Positions 8,036 to 17,566 of a stretch of DNA of 56,582 nucleotides are shown here, piece after piece. Both the position numbers and the translations under genes were made by a program. Each line of letters starts with the position of its first letter. The first letter of the stretch is position 1. The notes under the pieces were generated by a model. The model did not search any database. It saw only the letters and a list, made by a program, of their open reading frames with translations, and was not told the DNA's origin. Source of the DNA: a virus (lineage: Duplodnaviria > Caudoviricetes); IMG/VR virus record IMGVR_UViG_3300025889_000144, positions 1 to 56,582 of that record; one strand, given 5' to 3'.

Positions 8036-9220
8036 ATGAACGACTCACTCTTCTCAAACCTCCAAAGCTTTCGCGCATCACTTAACACCAGCTTTCTTGA
8101 GCGAGCTGATGTTATCGATGGTCTACTCGCATCTTTAATTACGAAGCAAAACAGCTTTCTGTTCGGTCTCCCCGGCACGGGTAAGTCTGAGCTTGTGCGA
8201 GCAGTATCAAATGGGTTTAAAGGCTCTCAGTTTTTTGGCTACCTTCTCTCGCCCACAACAGATCCGTCTGAGCTATTCGGGCCGGTAGCAGTCTCGAAGC
8301 TACTTAATGATGAGTATGTTCGTGACGTCAAAGGATACCTACCTACGGCAAACATTGCATTCCTAGACGAGCTCTTTCGTGGTAGCTCTGCAGTTCTTAA
8401 TTCTCTGCTGACGATCCTGAATGAGCGTACATTCAACAACGGTCGCGATGTTTTAGAAACTCCTATTCAGTCGATCGTCGCTGCAACCAACTCTTTTCCT
8501 CAGGAAGAATCACTCCAAGCTTTCTGCGATCGATTTCTATTTCGTCCAACAGTCGATCTTCTGAAGAAGCCAACGTCAAAACGTAGTCTCGATGCCTGGG
8601 CTCTCGGTATCAAACAACGTCCGGTAGTGGAATCGAAGCTCACGTTCGACGACCTTACAACCCTTCAGCAAGAGGTAGCGAACGTAAGCGCCAGCGAGGA
8701 ATTCCTGGATTCCTTCACCCAAGTTATCGATCTACTTGCTACACGAGGCATCGTCATCAGCGATCGCCGAAGAGTACAGATCCTTAAGTTCTTGCGTGGT
8801 TGGGCTCTGGTTCAAGGTGACGAAGAACTGTTCCCCGAACACCTACATCGCTCACTGATACACATTGTATATCAAACACAAGACGACGTTCAGGTGATCA
8901 AAGAAGTCTTGGAGCAAGCTGTTCCTACAGCCGAAAAGCTTATGGAAAGCATTAAACGGGCTCACAATGGAATCCTTACTGAATACCACGCGCTTCACGC
9001 AGGAGACTCGAAGAGTGTTGATGATCTAAACCGCTTGGTCGGTAAGCTTCGCAAAATGCACCGTGATCTAGATACTCTCTCTAACAAACTAGATAACATC
9101 CTGGAGTCTGGTCAGTATCGAATCAGCGCCAGTGCTCGCCAGGCTGCGACCAAACTTGCTCAGACAATCGAGTCTTCTTCTCAATCAGTAGCGGCTTCGA
9201 TCTCTAACGTCTCATCATGA
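8036..9220 (+). CDS. MoxR/RavA-type AAA+ ATPase
   Basis: Walker A GLPGTGKS, ELFGP, Walker B FLDE, LNSLLTILNER, AATN, DRF. Confidence 0.92.
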   Translation: MNDSLFSNLQSFRASLNTSFLERADVIDGLLASLITKQNSFLFGLPGTGKSELVRAVSNGFKGSQFFGYLLSPTTDPSELFGPVAVSKLLNDEYVRDVKGYLPTANIAFLDELFRGSSAVLNSLLTILNERTFNNGRDVLETPIQSIVAATNSFPQEESLQAFCDRFLFRPTVDLLKKPTSKRSLDAWALGIKQRPVVESKLTFDDLTTLQQEVANVSASEEFLDSFTQVIDLLATRGIVISDRRRVQILKFLRGWALVQGDEELFPEHLHRSLIHIVYQTQDDVQVIKEVLEQAVPTAEKLMESIKRAHNGILTEYHALHAGDSKSVDDLNRLVGKLRKMHRDLDTLSNKLDNILESGQYRISASARQAATKLAQTIESSSQSVAASISNVSS

Positions 9221-10758
9221 AAACCAACACCGAGTTCCTTCGTCTTGTGAACAACGAGCCCCTCGTGCTCGCTGTATCCGCACTGTCCGATTTTCTATGG
9301 GATGACTTCATCCGGGATGCCCGCCCCATCGTTAAGTACCTTGAGGACAAGTACAACATCAAACAGCTCTCCCGTTTTGGAAAGGAGCTATTTGACTTTC
9401 TGTATAACGGCGGACAAGTAACTACGGTCATCAACTTCGACGAAATCGAATCTTACTTTCGTGCGAAACAGAACGGACAAAACCCAGACTTTCCGAAAGG
9501 ATACAAACCTGAGTACGCATTCTGGTACAGCCTTTTTGTACAAGTGTGCGAATCGCCCTCATGGCCACGGCTAGTCAGTCTCTCGATTGGAGATCAGTTC
9601 ACCTCAGGTAACAACGCTGTGAACGTGTTGAACGAGCTCAGCGAAATCCTGATGGTTGAGCTAGAGAACAACTCACTTAGTGAGGAGCTCCTGAGCCAAG
9701 GTGCTCAACAGCTTCAAGACATTCGTGAACAGTTCATGGAAGCTAAGAAGCGAGGCGACAATGCGAAAGCTGCTGAGTTGCGCCAGCAGGGGAAGGAGCT
9801 CGGTCGTCAGATGGAGCAGAGCTTGCTTCAGGTAAGCGAGCAGATGCAGCCTCAGGTGGACAAGGCAGTCGATCGTGCGCACCAAGCAGCTAAGGACAAC
9901 CAGGAAGCAATAGCTGCCCTCGCTGGAACTGAGGCTGGTAAAGGGATCGGCCTCAACGATCTTGAACAAAAGCGAAACCTCGCTCGAAAGCTCAGCAGCA
10001 ATCCTGGCCTTAAGGAACTTGTGCGCCGCTTGGGTGCCTTGCGACAGGCATGGGCTGATCGCAAGCGAACTCGCAGATCACAGACCAGCTATAGCGATAT
10101 TGTCGGCGCCAAGTTCTCTGACACAATCACAAAAGCTTTCCCTGCTGAGATCGCGTTAGCTGCCACGGAGCAAGGTCGTGCTCTATTTGCCCTGAGGTAC
10201 AGTCAGAAAACACTGTTGTGTAAAGACTACGAAGCGAAAGTAAAAGAGCTCGATAAAGGCCCTGTTGTTCTTTACATCGACATCAGTGGTTCGATGGCAG
10301 GAGAGTGTGAGCTCTGGTCAAAAGCTATTGCTTACGTCGTTGCTGAGGAATGCCTCAAGCAGAAGCGTGCAACACACATTCATCTCTTCGATACTGTTGT
10401 GCAGAAGAGTATTCACCTGGATAAGGATCGAGCGGATAACGAGCGTCTCCTTAACTTTGTCCTTTCATGGACAACCAGAGGCGGTACGTCCTTCTGTTCA
10501 GTTATTAACCACGCGCTGTCGGAGGTCAACTTTGTCGATAAAGCCGATATTTTGATGATCACAGACGGAAACGCTGAGGTCTCAGATCCGTTCGTGCGCC
10601 GTCTCAACGCATTCAAGCAAGAGCACGGTGTGCAGTGGAACAGCTTCTGTATCGGCAAGCAAGCTCGTGTGCTTAAAGAGTTCAGTGATTATGTGCACAC
10701 TGTAGATGTTCTGGACGATCCTAAGAGCGCAGAGTTGTTTCAAGATGCTCTCCGGTAA
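9217..10758 (+). CDS. VWA-domain protein (ViaA/CoxE-like), AAA+ partner
   Basis: MIDAS DISGS, GGTSF, ITDG; ATGA-coupled to the ATPase. Confidence 0.9.
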   Translation: MKTNTEFLRLVNNEPLVLAVSALSDFLWDDFIRDARPIVKYLEDKYNIKQLSRFGKELFDFLYNGGQVTTVINFDEIESYFRAKQNGQNPDFPKGYKPEYAFWYSLFVQVCESPSWPRLVSLSIGDQFTSGNNAVNVLNELSEILMVELENNSLSEELLSQGAQQLQDIREQFMEAKKRGDNAKAAELRQQGKELGRQMEQSLLQVSEQMQPQVDKAVDRAHQAAKDNQEAIAALAGTEAGKGIGLNDLEQKRNLARKLSSNPGLKELVRRLGALRQAWADRKRTRRSQTSYSDIVGAKFSDTITKAFPAEIALAATEQGRALFALRYSQKTLLCKDYEAKVKELDKGPVVLYIDISGSMAGECELWSKAIAYVVAEECLKQKRATHIHLFDTVVQKSIHLDKDRADNERLLNFVLSWTTRGGTSFCSVINHALSEVNFVDKADILMITDGNAEVSDPFVRRLNAFKQEHGVQWNSFCIGKQARVLKEFSDYVHTVDVLDDPKSAELFQDALR

Positions 10759-10811
10759 GGGCCTTCTATTAGAAACCGCACTTAGATTGAGGGGCAATTG
10801 CCGCCCCTCTC

Positions 10812-11240
10812 GTGGATCGACACACGGATGCAAAGGTCGTTCGACGTATAGAGGCTGAGTACTCACCAGCCACCGAGAAATTCGAGCTCGAGGATTGGCT
10901 GGCGCAGCAGTTGTTTGACACGTATCACAATCTGTACGAAGGAGAACCAGAACTATTTAGGTTCCGAGAAGCTGTCCTCCTTTACGCGCCGCAGACTGAG
11001 CTTATCAATGCGACAAGGCTCGTGGAGGATGACGTCACTGAACACTGCATACTTCTTAGTGGTTTTCTTTACAAGAACTACGGAGTCAAGAGGTTAAATC
11101 ACAAAGCCGACGTTGAGATGCAACTGATGCTCACAGAGCATGATTTTGAACTAATGGCTATTCAGATCACAGATGAATTAATCGCATGGTACGAGACTGT
11201 GAGCTGTATGCAGGAAGTAATGAGTATGAAGCTAAAATGA
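10812..11240 (+). CDS. hypothetical protein
   Basis: 142-aa acidic ORF. Confidence 0.7.
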   Translation: MDRHTDAKVVRRIEAEYSPATEKFELEDWLAQQLFDTYHNLYEGEPELFRFREAVLLYAPQTELINATRLVEDDVTEHCILLSGFLYKNYGVKRLNHKADVEMQLMLTEHDFELMAIQITDELIAWYETVSCMQEVMSMKLK

Positions 11241-11320
11241 CTGAATCCTTAAAAAAAGCTGAAATCCCCTTGCGGTAAAGAAACGGAAAGATAGCATTTC
11301 CGTGTTCCGCTTTCCATTAC

Positions 11321-12133
11321 ATGAACTTCAAGTTCAAAATCGGCGACACAACTCTGGACAACAGCGAAGCAAAAGCACTCCTCAGTGCCGCAGGTCGCGA
11401 CGCAGCAATCGTGGTTGACATTGCTGAGCACGTCGATCCTTCTATGATCGACGCCAAGAAACTGTTCTCTATTAGCGTCGAAACCAAGAACCCCACGCTG
11501 GCCTCTTTGGCTGCGCGTTTTGCTATAGAAGGAGTGGAGACTCCTAAGAAGCGCACCTACACCCGCACCGACGCGAAACGAATTTCTCGGATCGAACCGA
11601 AGAAGGTTATTAAGCAGCCTGCAGAGGCAATCGAAGAGCTCTGCAAGCTCAACAGCCTCAAATCAATCGGTGCGGCGATGATCCTAGAAGGTGTTGGTGA
11701 AGGTCACAGTCGGACGCTCCGACAGGTTGCTACCAACTGTGTCAACGCCATGGCTTACAGGGGCTCGGTGAGCCCCGACTCTCAGTGCTTTATGGGGTTC
11801 TGCAAAGATGGTGACGGGCACTACCGGACCTTGAATCAGGGGCCAAACGTTCCTCGTAGTGCTTCCTACCACGCGTCGCCGATGTACACGGCAGTCCGCG
11901 ATGGAGCTCAGCTGCTCAAAGAGTGGGGTTTGATCGAGCTCAAGGAGCTGATCGAATTCGGCAGCAAAGATAAAGAGCTAGACGGGAACAGCCAGCAGCT
12001 GCGCCGCGTGGTCTACGCTGTGTCGGCTACGGCTATGGGTAAGCAAGTGGCTAACGAGTGGGGCGACATTGCTGATTTCATCAGTCACCGCTGGAGTAGC
12101 CGCATTCGGGAGAAAAAGTCCTACGCTGCCTGA
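11321..12133 (+). CDS. hypothetical protein
   Basis: 270-aa ORF followed by an intrinsic terminator. Confidence 0.8.
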   Translation: MNFKFKIGDTTLDNSEAKALLSAAGRDAAIVVDIAEHVDPSMIDAKKLFSISVETKNPTLASLAARFAIEGVETPKKRTYTRTDAKRISRIEPKKVIKQPAEAIEELCKLNSLKSIGAAMILEGVGEGHSRTLRQVATNCVNAMAYRGSVSPDSQCFMGFCKDGDGHYRTLNQGPNVPRSASYHASPMYTAVRDGAQLLKEWGLIELKELIEFGSKDKELDGNSQQLRRVVYAVSATAMGKQVANEWGDIADFISHRWSSRIREKKSYAA

Positions 12134-12154
12134 ACGGCAAACCGCTGAATCCAC

Positions 12155-12181
12155 GGGGCGTCGAAAGATGCCCCTTTTTTT
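12155..12181 (+). terminator. intrinsic terminator
   Basis: GGGGCGTC-GAAA-GATGCCCC followed by T7. Confidence 0.85.
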
Positions 12182-12187
12182 ACTCTC

Positions 12188-14083
12188 ATGAAAATCTTTT
12201 ACGCAGACGACGACACCAAGTTCCAACAATCACTCGAAGAATTGAATCAAATCCCAAAGCTGTGTCTCGACGCTGAAACGACTGGCTTGGACTCACACGT
12301 TGCAAAGTTACGCCTGCTTCAGCTCTGCACAACTGATGAAAAGGTAGAAGACAGAACCGTTTACGTTTTAGATCTGTTCAAAGTAAAGAACACAGCGGGA
12401 CTAAAAGAACTAATCGAGAGCCGAGAAATGCTCTTAGGTCACAACCTCAACTTTGACCTTCAGTTTCTTTTATCTCTTGGTATCGATTACAAAGGTAAAG
12501 TTTTCGACACCTACGTAGCTGAGCGCTGCCTCCGCGCCGGGTTTAAGGAAAAGAAAATATCACCAAAACTTCAGAAACCATATTTCGACGACGTGAGCTG
12601 CTCGTTGAAAGCTGTAGTGAGTCGGCGACTCGAACTCGACATCAGCAAAGAACAGCAGGTTTCTGACTGGAGTAAGCAAGATCTCGACATCGAACAAATC
12701 GAATACGCGGCAAAGGATGTTGACCTTCTGCCCAGCATCGCCGCAGATCAACTCAAAGAGTTAGTGGAGGAAGCGCTGCTTGACATCTACTCTCTTGAAT
12801 CCAAATGCGTACGCCCCGTGGCCAAAATGTGTCACAGGGGATTCAACGTTGATGTTAGCAAGTTAGTAGCATTAAAGAGCGCTATAGGGTTGAAGTTAGA
12901 AGAAGTTACACTAGAATTCTGCACTAAGCTCGACGAGGCCCTTCCCCCTGACCTCAAGCTCCCGCGAAACTCAGATGGATCCCTGGCAATCGGCAAAAAT
13001 CTTAGAAAGGAATTCAATCCTGGATCTGGTACGCAGTGCAAAAAACTCTTCGACGCACTTGGAGTTGCTCTACCAACAAACCCTGCTACAGGAAAGAGCA
13101 CACTCAATCAGATTCAACTTGCAGAATTCGACAGCGACGACCCCCTGTTAACCCTCTACCGAAAGCGAACGAAGATTGAAACACAGTTAGAGCACGCAGA
13201 AAAACTTATCGCCAACGTCAACCCAATAACCCAGCGGATACACTCGGGTTACAACCAATATGGAGCCAACTCAGGGCGATTTACGTCAAGCGGAGCTAAG
13301 AAAACGAGCGCTAAAAAAGTTAAAAATCAGTTCGCAATTAACGCTCAACAGATACCTAGGGACAAGGAGTTTCGTGAGTGTTTCGTAGCCACGCCTGGGC
13401 ATCAGTTGATTATTTGCGACTTTAGTCAGATCGAGTTGCGACTAGGAGCTGAGCTAATTGGTATTCCTCAGATGATCCAAGCTTTCAAGGACGGACACGA
13501 TCTCCACACAGTGACGGCGAGTTTGATCTACAAAGTGCCTTTGGAAGAAGTTCAGAAGAGCCAGCGCCAGGAAGGGAAGACACTGAACTTTGCACTCTTG
13601 TACGGCATGGGCTTCCGCAAATACAAAACCTATGCAGCTCAGAGCGGAAAAATAATCTCGCTGTCGGAAGCTAAGGTTGCTCACACGGCTTTCCACAACG
13701 CCTATCCACGCCTGAGACAATGGCACCGCGAACGTTCAGCTCTTGTTGAAGACGGTTGGACTTACGTTCGCACGCCGTTAGGCAGGCGTCGGCTTCTCTC
13801 GTATGACGACGCCACCATGACTGCTTGTGCCAACACGCTGATACAAGGCGCCGGAGCTGATATCCTTAAGCTGTCGTTAGCCAAGCTCAACCCTTTCCTA
13901 GGGGACGAAGCTCACTTAGTTGCCTGTGTGCACGATGAAATTGTACTCGAAGCAGTCGATGATAAAGTGGAGTACTATAAAGAAGTACTTGAGCACTGTA
14001 TGAAAGAAGCAGCAGAGACCATTTTAAAAGAAGTACCTGCTAAAGCAGACGCTAGCCACGGAGAAACCTGGGCAGAAAAATGA
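12188..14083 (+). CDS. polA: family A DNA polymerase with 3'-5' exonuclease
   Basis: ExoI LDAETTG, ExoII HNLNFD, ExoIII YAAKD; motif A DFSQIELR, motif B KTLNFALLYG, motif C VHDE. Confidence 0.95.
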   Translation: MKIFYADDDTKFQQSLEELNQIPKLCLDAETTGLDSHVAKLRLLQLCTTDEKVEDRTVYVLDLFKVKNTAGLKELIESREMLLGHNLNFDLQFLLSLGIDYKGKVFDTYVAERCLRAGFKEKKISPKLQKPYFDDVSCSLKAVVSRRLELDISKEQQVSDWSKQDLDIEQIEYAAKDVDLLPSIAADQLKELVEEALLDIYSLESKCVRPVAKMCHRGFNVDVSKLVALKSAIGLKLEEVTLEFCTKLDEALPPDLKLPRNSDGSLAIGKNLRKEFNPGSGTQCKKLFDALGVALPTNPATGKSTLNQIQLAEFDSDDPLLTLYRKRTKIETQLEHAEKLIANVNPITQRIHSGYNQYGANSGRFTSSGAKKTSAKKVKNQFAINAQQIPRDKEFRECFVATPGHQLIICDFSQIELRLGAELIGIPQMIQAFKDGHDLHTVTASLIYKVPLEEVQKSQRQEGKTLNFALLYGMGFRKYKTYAAQSGKIISLSEAKVAHTAFHNAYPRLRQWHRERSALVEDGWTYVRTPLGRRRLLSYDDATMTACANTLIQGAGADILKLSLAKLNPFLGDEAHLVACVHDEIVLEAVDDKVEYYKEVLEHCMKEAAETILKEVPAKADASHGETWAEK

Positions 14084-14961
14084 GCAGCACAACCAAACGC
14101 ATCCGACCCCTAACACCCAGCAAGTTCAAGATTGGGGATCGTGTAACTGAGAACATCAAGAACATAGCTTGTTTCAGTGAGTCCCTAGATCAGAAGATTA
14201 AAGATAAATTGACTGGCTATGTAAACGAAACGCGTGTAGGCACAGTCAAAGAAGTTTTCGTAAAAACAAACAAAAGAGGGGATCGGCGACACTACGCTTC
14301 TGTCCTGTGGGATGGCTTCAAATCGACTACAGAACACGAGCAAGGTCGGTTGGCTATCCACGCGGCAGCGCAAATTAAAAAGGAAGACGCAGCTGCGACT
14401 GCATCAAATAAAAAGAAAAAATCAGTAACGGCAGTTGAGATCTTAAACCTCGACGCCGTGAAGGAGAAGGAAGTCTTTACAGCTAAAACGGAACAAGGTT
14501 ATGTGGGCTGCGTAAGGTTAACGGCCGGAGTGTGCTTCACAGTTGAAATCTTCTCGAATGCGTTAGAGGCAGCCAACAAAGCTCGTAGCCTGAAGAGGCA
14601 GCTGGAACAACCGACAACTCCAGAATGTAAAGAAACCAAAAAAAACACAGAAGAAATTAAAAAATGTGTAGTCAAAAAAACGAATAGAAAGGTAGCCTTG
14701 AGGTCGAGATTGTACACCCTCGACGAGACCAAGGCAATGCCGCTCCTGCGTTTCCAAGAGGTGTGGGTAATTATAAAAGACTCTATGTACGTTAGTGACT
14801 GTCTAGATAAAGAGAGGCGTAACTTAGTAAGTTATACTTCCAATAAGGATAAAGCTCTTTACTTCACTTGTCACGAAAAAGCGAAGATGACGATGCGTGT
14901 CCTTAAGGGCACTATCGGTCCAGGGTTTGACCTCAAACGATTTTTTATCGAGAATAAGTAA
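14080..14961 (+). CDS. hypothetical basic protein
   Basis: 293-aa Lys-rich ORF coupled to the polymerase gene. Confidence 0.75.
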   Translation: MSSTTKRIRPLTPSKFKIGDRVTENIKNIACFSESLDQKIKDKLTGYVNETRVGTVKEVFVKTNKRGDRRHYASVLWDGFKSTTEHEQGRLAIHAAAQIKKEDAAATASNKKKKSVTAVEILNLDAVKEKEVFTAKTEQGYVGCVRLTAGVCFTVEIFSNALEAANKARSLKRQLEQPTTPECKETKKNTEEIKKCVVKKTNRKVALRSRLYTLDETKAMPLLRFQEVWVIIKDSMYVSDCLDKERRNLVSYTSNKDKALYFTCHEKAKMTMRVLKGTIGPGFDLKRFFIENK

Positions 14962-14976
14962 AGGGTTACTAATAGT

Positions 14977-15261
14977 ATGGCCACAAGATTTGCTGGTGAT
15001 TTCTTCGGGGTCTCTTTAGTAGACCCGGAACGAGAGGACTCGAGGCTCCTCGACTATTACCCAGAATTGCGTCGACTTGTAAAGACGAGCTCGAGTTCAG
15101 GGGGTTCCAGCGAGGACGAAGGTGCTCGATTATATGGAGGGGCTAAAGCAGTGCCGGCTTTCAGCGGCTTCAAAACATTTGAGAAAGCTGGGAAAGAGCA
15201 GGCCACAGCTCCTCTCTTTTACGGCTTTAAAACGTTCGAACAACCCAAGAAGCTCGATTAG
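14977..15261 (+). CDS. hypothetical protein (RFAG motif)
   Basis: 94-aa ORF; GFKTFE occurs twice. Confidence 0.7.
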   Translation: MATRFAGDFFGVSLVDPEREDSRLLDYYPELRRLVKTSSSSGGSSEDEGARLYGGAKAVPAFSGFKTFEKAGKEQATAPLFYGFKTFEQPKKLD

Positions 15262-15338
15262 CTAGACGAAGTAAACTATACTGATTAAATAAGGGGGCGT
15301 TTGTTGCGTCGCCACAGGGTACATCTGCATCTACTGCG

Positions 15339-16223
15339 ATGACGGCCACGCCGAAAGCTAATCAAAAACCTCAGTTAGAGGCCTTCCGTAAGGCTGGATC
15401 TCTTTTCGGTCTTGATTTATCAGGACTGTTCGATGACTCCGAAGACGGAGAACAGTCTGGTTTTGAAGGCCTGCAGCCTGGTTTTAAGGTTACAGCGAAC
15501 CTTAAAGGTCGCAGCCCAAGCACCTTAACTTATAAAACACCTACAACCCCCTCCAGGACTGCTGAGTTCACGCTAACTCCAGTAACCGAATCAGCTTTCG
15601 CTCTACCTAGCCTGCCTTCTCCTATCGCAGCCAAGCCTGCAGAGGAAGCTGCGCCTGCTCCTGCGCCCGCACCTGCTCCTGCTCCGGCACCTGCGGCACA
15701 GCAAGCACCGCCCCAGGAAAAGATCTATCAGGGTTATGCAGGCGGTATCTCCGCACTTCGTGATCAGCCTGAGTACGGCGGTATTGGCTTTGGTATGGGC
15801 GACCTGGATCGCGCCCTGCAGGAAGGTTACTCAGAGTCAAGCATCAAGACGTACCTGGAGAACTTCCCAGGCATGATTGGTCCTGACGCTGCCTCACGTC
15901 TAGGTATCGCACCCAAGTCTACCGCCAGTATTTATGGGTCCTCTGCGGCGGCGCCTGCTCCTGCTCCCGCACCTGCTCCTGCTCCGGAACAGCGCTACAC
16001 TCCCACCTCGGCTCCTGTTTCTCAATACCAAGCTCCCACAGCGCAAAACTGGCAGCAGAAAGCCCTCGCCGAAGGCGGCTTCGGTCAAGGTTCTCTCGCG
16101 GCTGCTCGTTCCGTTACAGGCGACAACGAGATTCGTGACTTCTTACGTCGTAATCGACAGATTCAGGTCGGTCCCACGGCGGCGAACTTACTCGGATGGG
16201 GTGGGGGTAACCTCTACGGCTAA
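15339..16223 (+). CDS. Pro/Ala-linker protein with two repeated domains
   Basis: two (AP)n tracts, each followed by a GFG...GPxAAxxLG unit. Confidence 0.75.
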   Translation: MTATPKANQKPQLEAFRKAGSLFGLDLSGLFDDSEDGEQSGFEGLQPGFKVTANLKGRSPSTLTYKTPTTPSRTAEFTLTPVTESAFALPSLPSPIAAKPAEEAAPAPAPAPAPAPAPAAQQAPPQEKIYQGYAGGISALRDQPEYGGIGFGMGDLDRALQEGYSESSIKTYLENFPGMIGPDAASRLGIAPKSTASIYGSSAAAPAPAPAPAPAPEQRYTPTSAPVSQYQAPTAQNWQQKALAEGGFGQGSLAAARSVTGDNEIRDFLRRNRQIQVGPTAANLLGWGGGNLYG

Positions 16224-16296
16224 ACAGAGGTATAAGATAAAGGCAGAATTCCTACAGAAGGAATGCTGTTTTTCTTCAAAGCGATTACGCTCAAAC

Positions 16297-16327
16297 GGGG
16301 GATGCGGCAAAAGCTGCTCCCCCTTTT
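16297..16327 (+). terminator. intrinsic terminator-like hairpin
   Basis: GGGGGA(T)GCGGC-AAAA-GCTGCTCCCCC then TTTT. Confidence 0.6.
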
Positions 16328-16383
16328 ATTTTGCACTGAGAGCGAGTTAGATCTTATTCTCCGGTCGGTGGAATTCCAACCGA

Positions 16384-16944
16384 ATGACGTCTACTGATTA
16401 CTGTTTAGTGCTACAGCGCACAGGAAAGAGGCTGGAATTAGCAGTAACAGGCAACGACTCAAACCACGCGCAGGCACAAGCAGCGGACATAGCGAGAGCC
16501 TTACAAGCAGAAACGTTCTCGTTGTCCTACAAAAATATTGAAGACAGCCCTTTATCTTGCCTGTTCCGCAGACTTGCCATAAGCGACTTCGAACACGGTG
16601 CTTGTGACATCTGGGAAGGTTCGTTTTGTAACGGGTCCCCCGTGGTCTACGCACTGGGTAGCAAGTACTACGTGCGCCCCCTGATACTAGATTATCTAGA
16701 GATCAACAAAGACGGCTGTGTAAAACCGTCATGCGGTAACAAGGAGTGCATAAACCCCTATCACAACTCTTACAAGAAGATGAAAGCTTCAAAACTGGGT
16801 GACGCGGACACGAATTTGGTACTAGCATTCTCCAGCCAAGGCGTTCCCGTTCGCGAGATCGCCCGAGCACTTAAGGTACACCGCTCAACGATTTACAGAA
16901 CGTTAAACCGTGAACATCTTCATCTTGGGTCTGCGCATCACTGA
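16384..16944 (+). CDS. degenerate HNH zinc-loop + C-terminal HTH protein
   Basis: CDIWEG...SCGNKECINPYH and VREIARALKVHRSTIYR. Confidence 0.75.
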   Translation: MTSTDYCLVLQRTGKRLELAVTGNDSNHAQAQAADIARALQAETFSLSYKNIEDSPLSCLFRRLAISDFEHGACDIWEGSFCNGSPVVYALGSKYYVRPLILDYLEINKDGCVKPSCGNKECINPYHNSYKKMKASKLGDADTNLVLAFSSQGVPVREIARALKVHRSTIYRTLNREHLHLGSAHH

Positions 16945-17557
16945 TGCGGCCGATACAGACGAAAACAAAGTCGTGCATGTACTGGCGGAATCACTTCCGT
17001 CAAGCGACAAGCGCGTAGCAACGAAGGTCCAGCTTTCAATGAAAGAGGACCACTACAACGGCAAGATTTTAAAAACCCTCAAAGAAAAGCAAACGATCTT
17101 CGCTGTCGGTCCGACGAAGACAACGCCAGATGGCGTGCTTCAAATGCAGCCGATGCTTGTGGTTACAAGTGATAACTGGGATGACCTCCTGGCTATCAAT
17201 CTCTTCGTGTCCACAGGTGGTCTGGGTCCTGTTACTGAGGAGACTCAGCTAGGCGACAACACGGTTACTAACCGTTCGCTCGCTTGGCAAGATGAAAAGG
17301 GCGAGACCTCTTGGTTCAAGCTGACCGCTTGGGACGCGCTTTCGACGCAACTTGCAGAACTTGCCCCAGGCACACCAACGATTGCTGTTGGTCGAGTCAG
17401 CACTAGCGAAAAGGAAGATCGTAAGTACCTTAACTATGGCGTAGAGAAAATTCTCTATCTACCCCGCAGCAAGAAAGCTGCTCCCGCTAAGGCCGCCGAT
17501 CCTGATAAGGGCAAGGTGTCCACGGCTGCTCTCGGTTCTCTGGACTTCTCTCTCTGA
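16910..17557 (+). CDS. ssb: single-stranded DNA-binding protein (tandem OB fold)
   Basis: TSWFKLTAWD..LAELAPGTPTIAVGRVST is SSB-like; N-terminal half looks like a second OB fold. Confidence 0.7.
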   Translation: MNIFILGLRITDAADTDENKVVHVLAESLPSSDKRVATKVQLSMKEDHYNGKILKTLKEKQTIFAVGPTKTTPDGVLQMQPMLVVTSDNWDDLLAINLFVSTGGLGPVTEETQLGDNTVTNRSLAWQDEKGETSWFKLTAWDALSTQLAELAPGTPTIAVGRVSTSEKEDRKYLNYGVEKILYLPRSKKAAPAKAADPDKGKVSTAALGSLDFSL

Positions 17558-17566
17558 TTAACGACC

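Noticed and set aside
8760-8767. HIP1 (GCGATCGC) enrichment
   Set aside because: Only isolated occurrence noticed; no visible enrichment
12188-14083. Modified-base (DpoZ-type) or split polymerase
   Set aside because: ORF is continuous with standard motifs (Phe at the E. coli 762-equivalent position); no purZ or intein signatures seen
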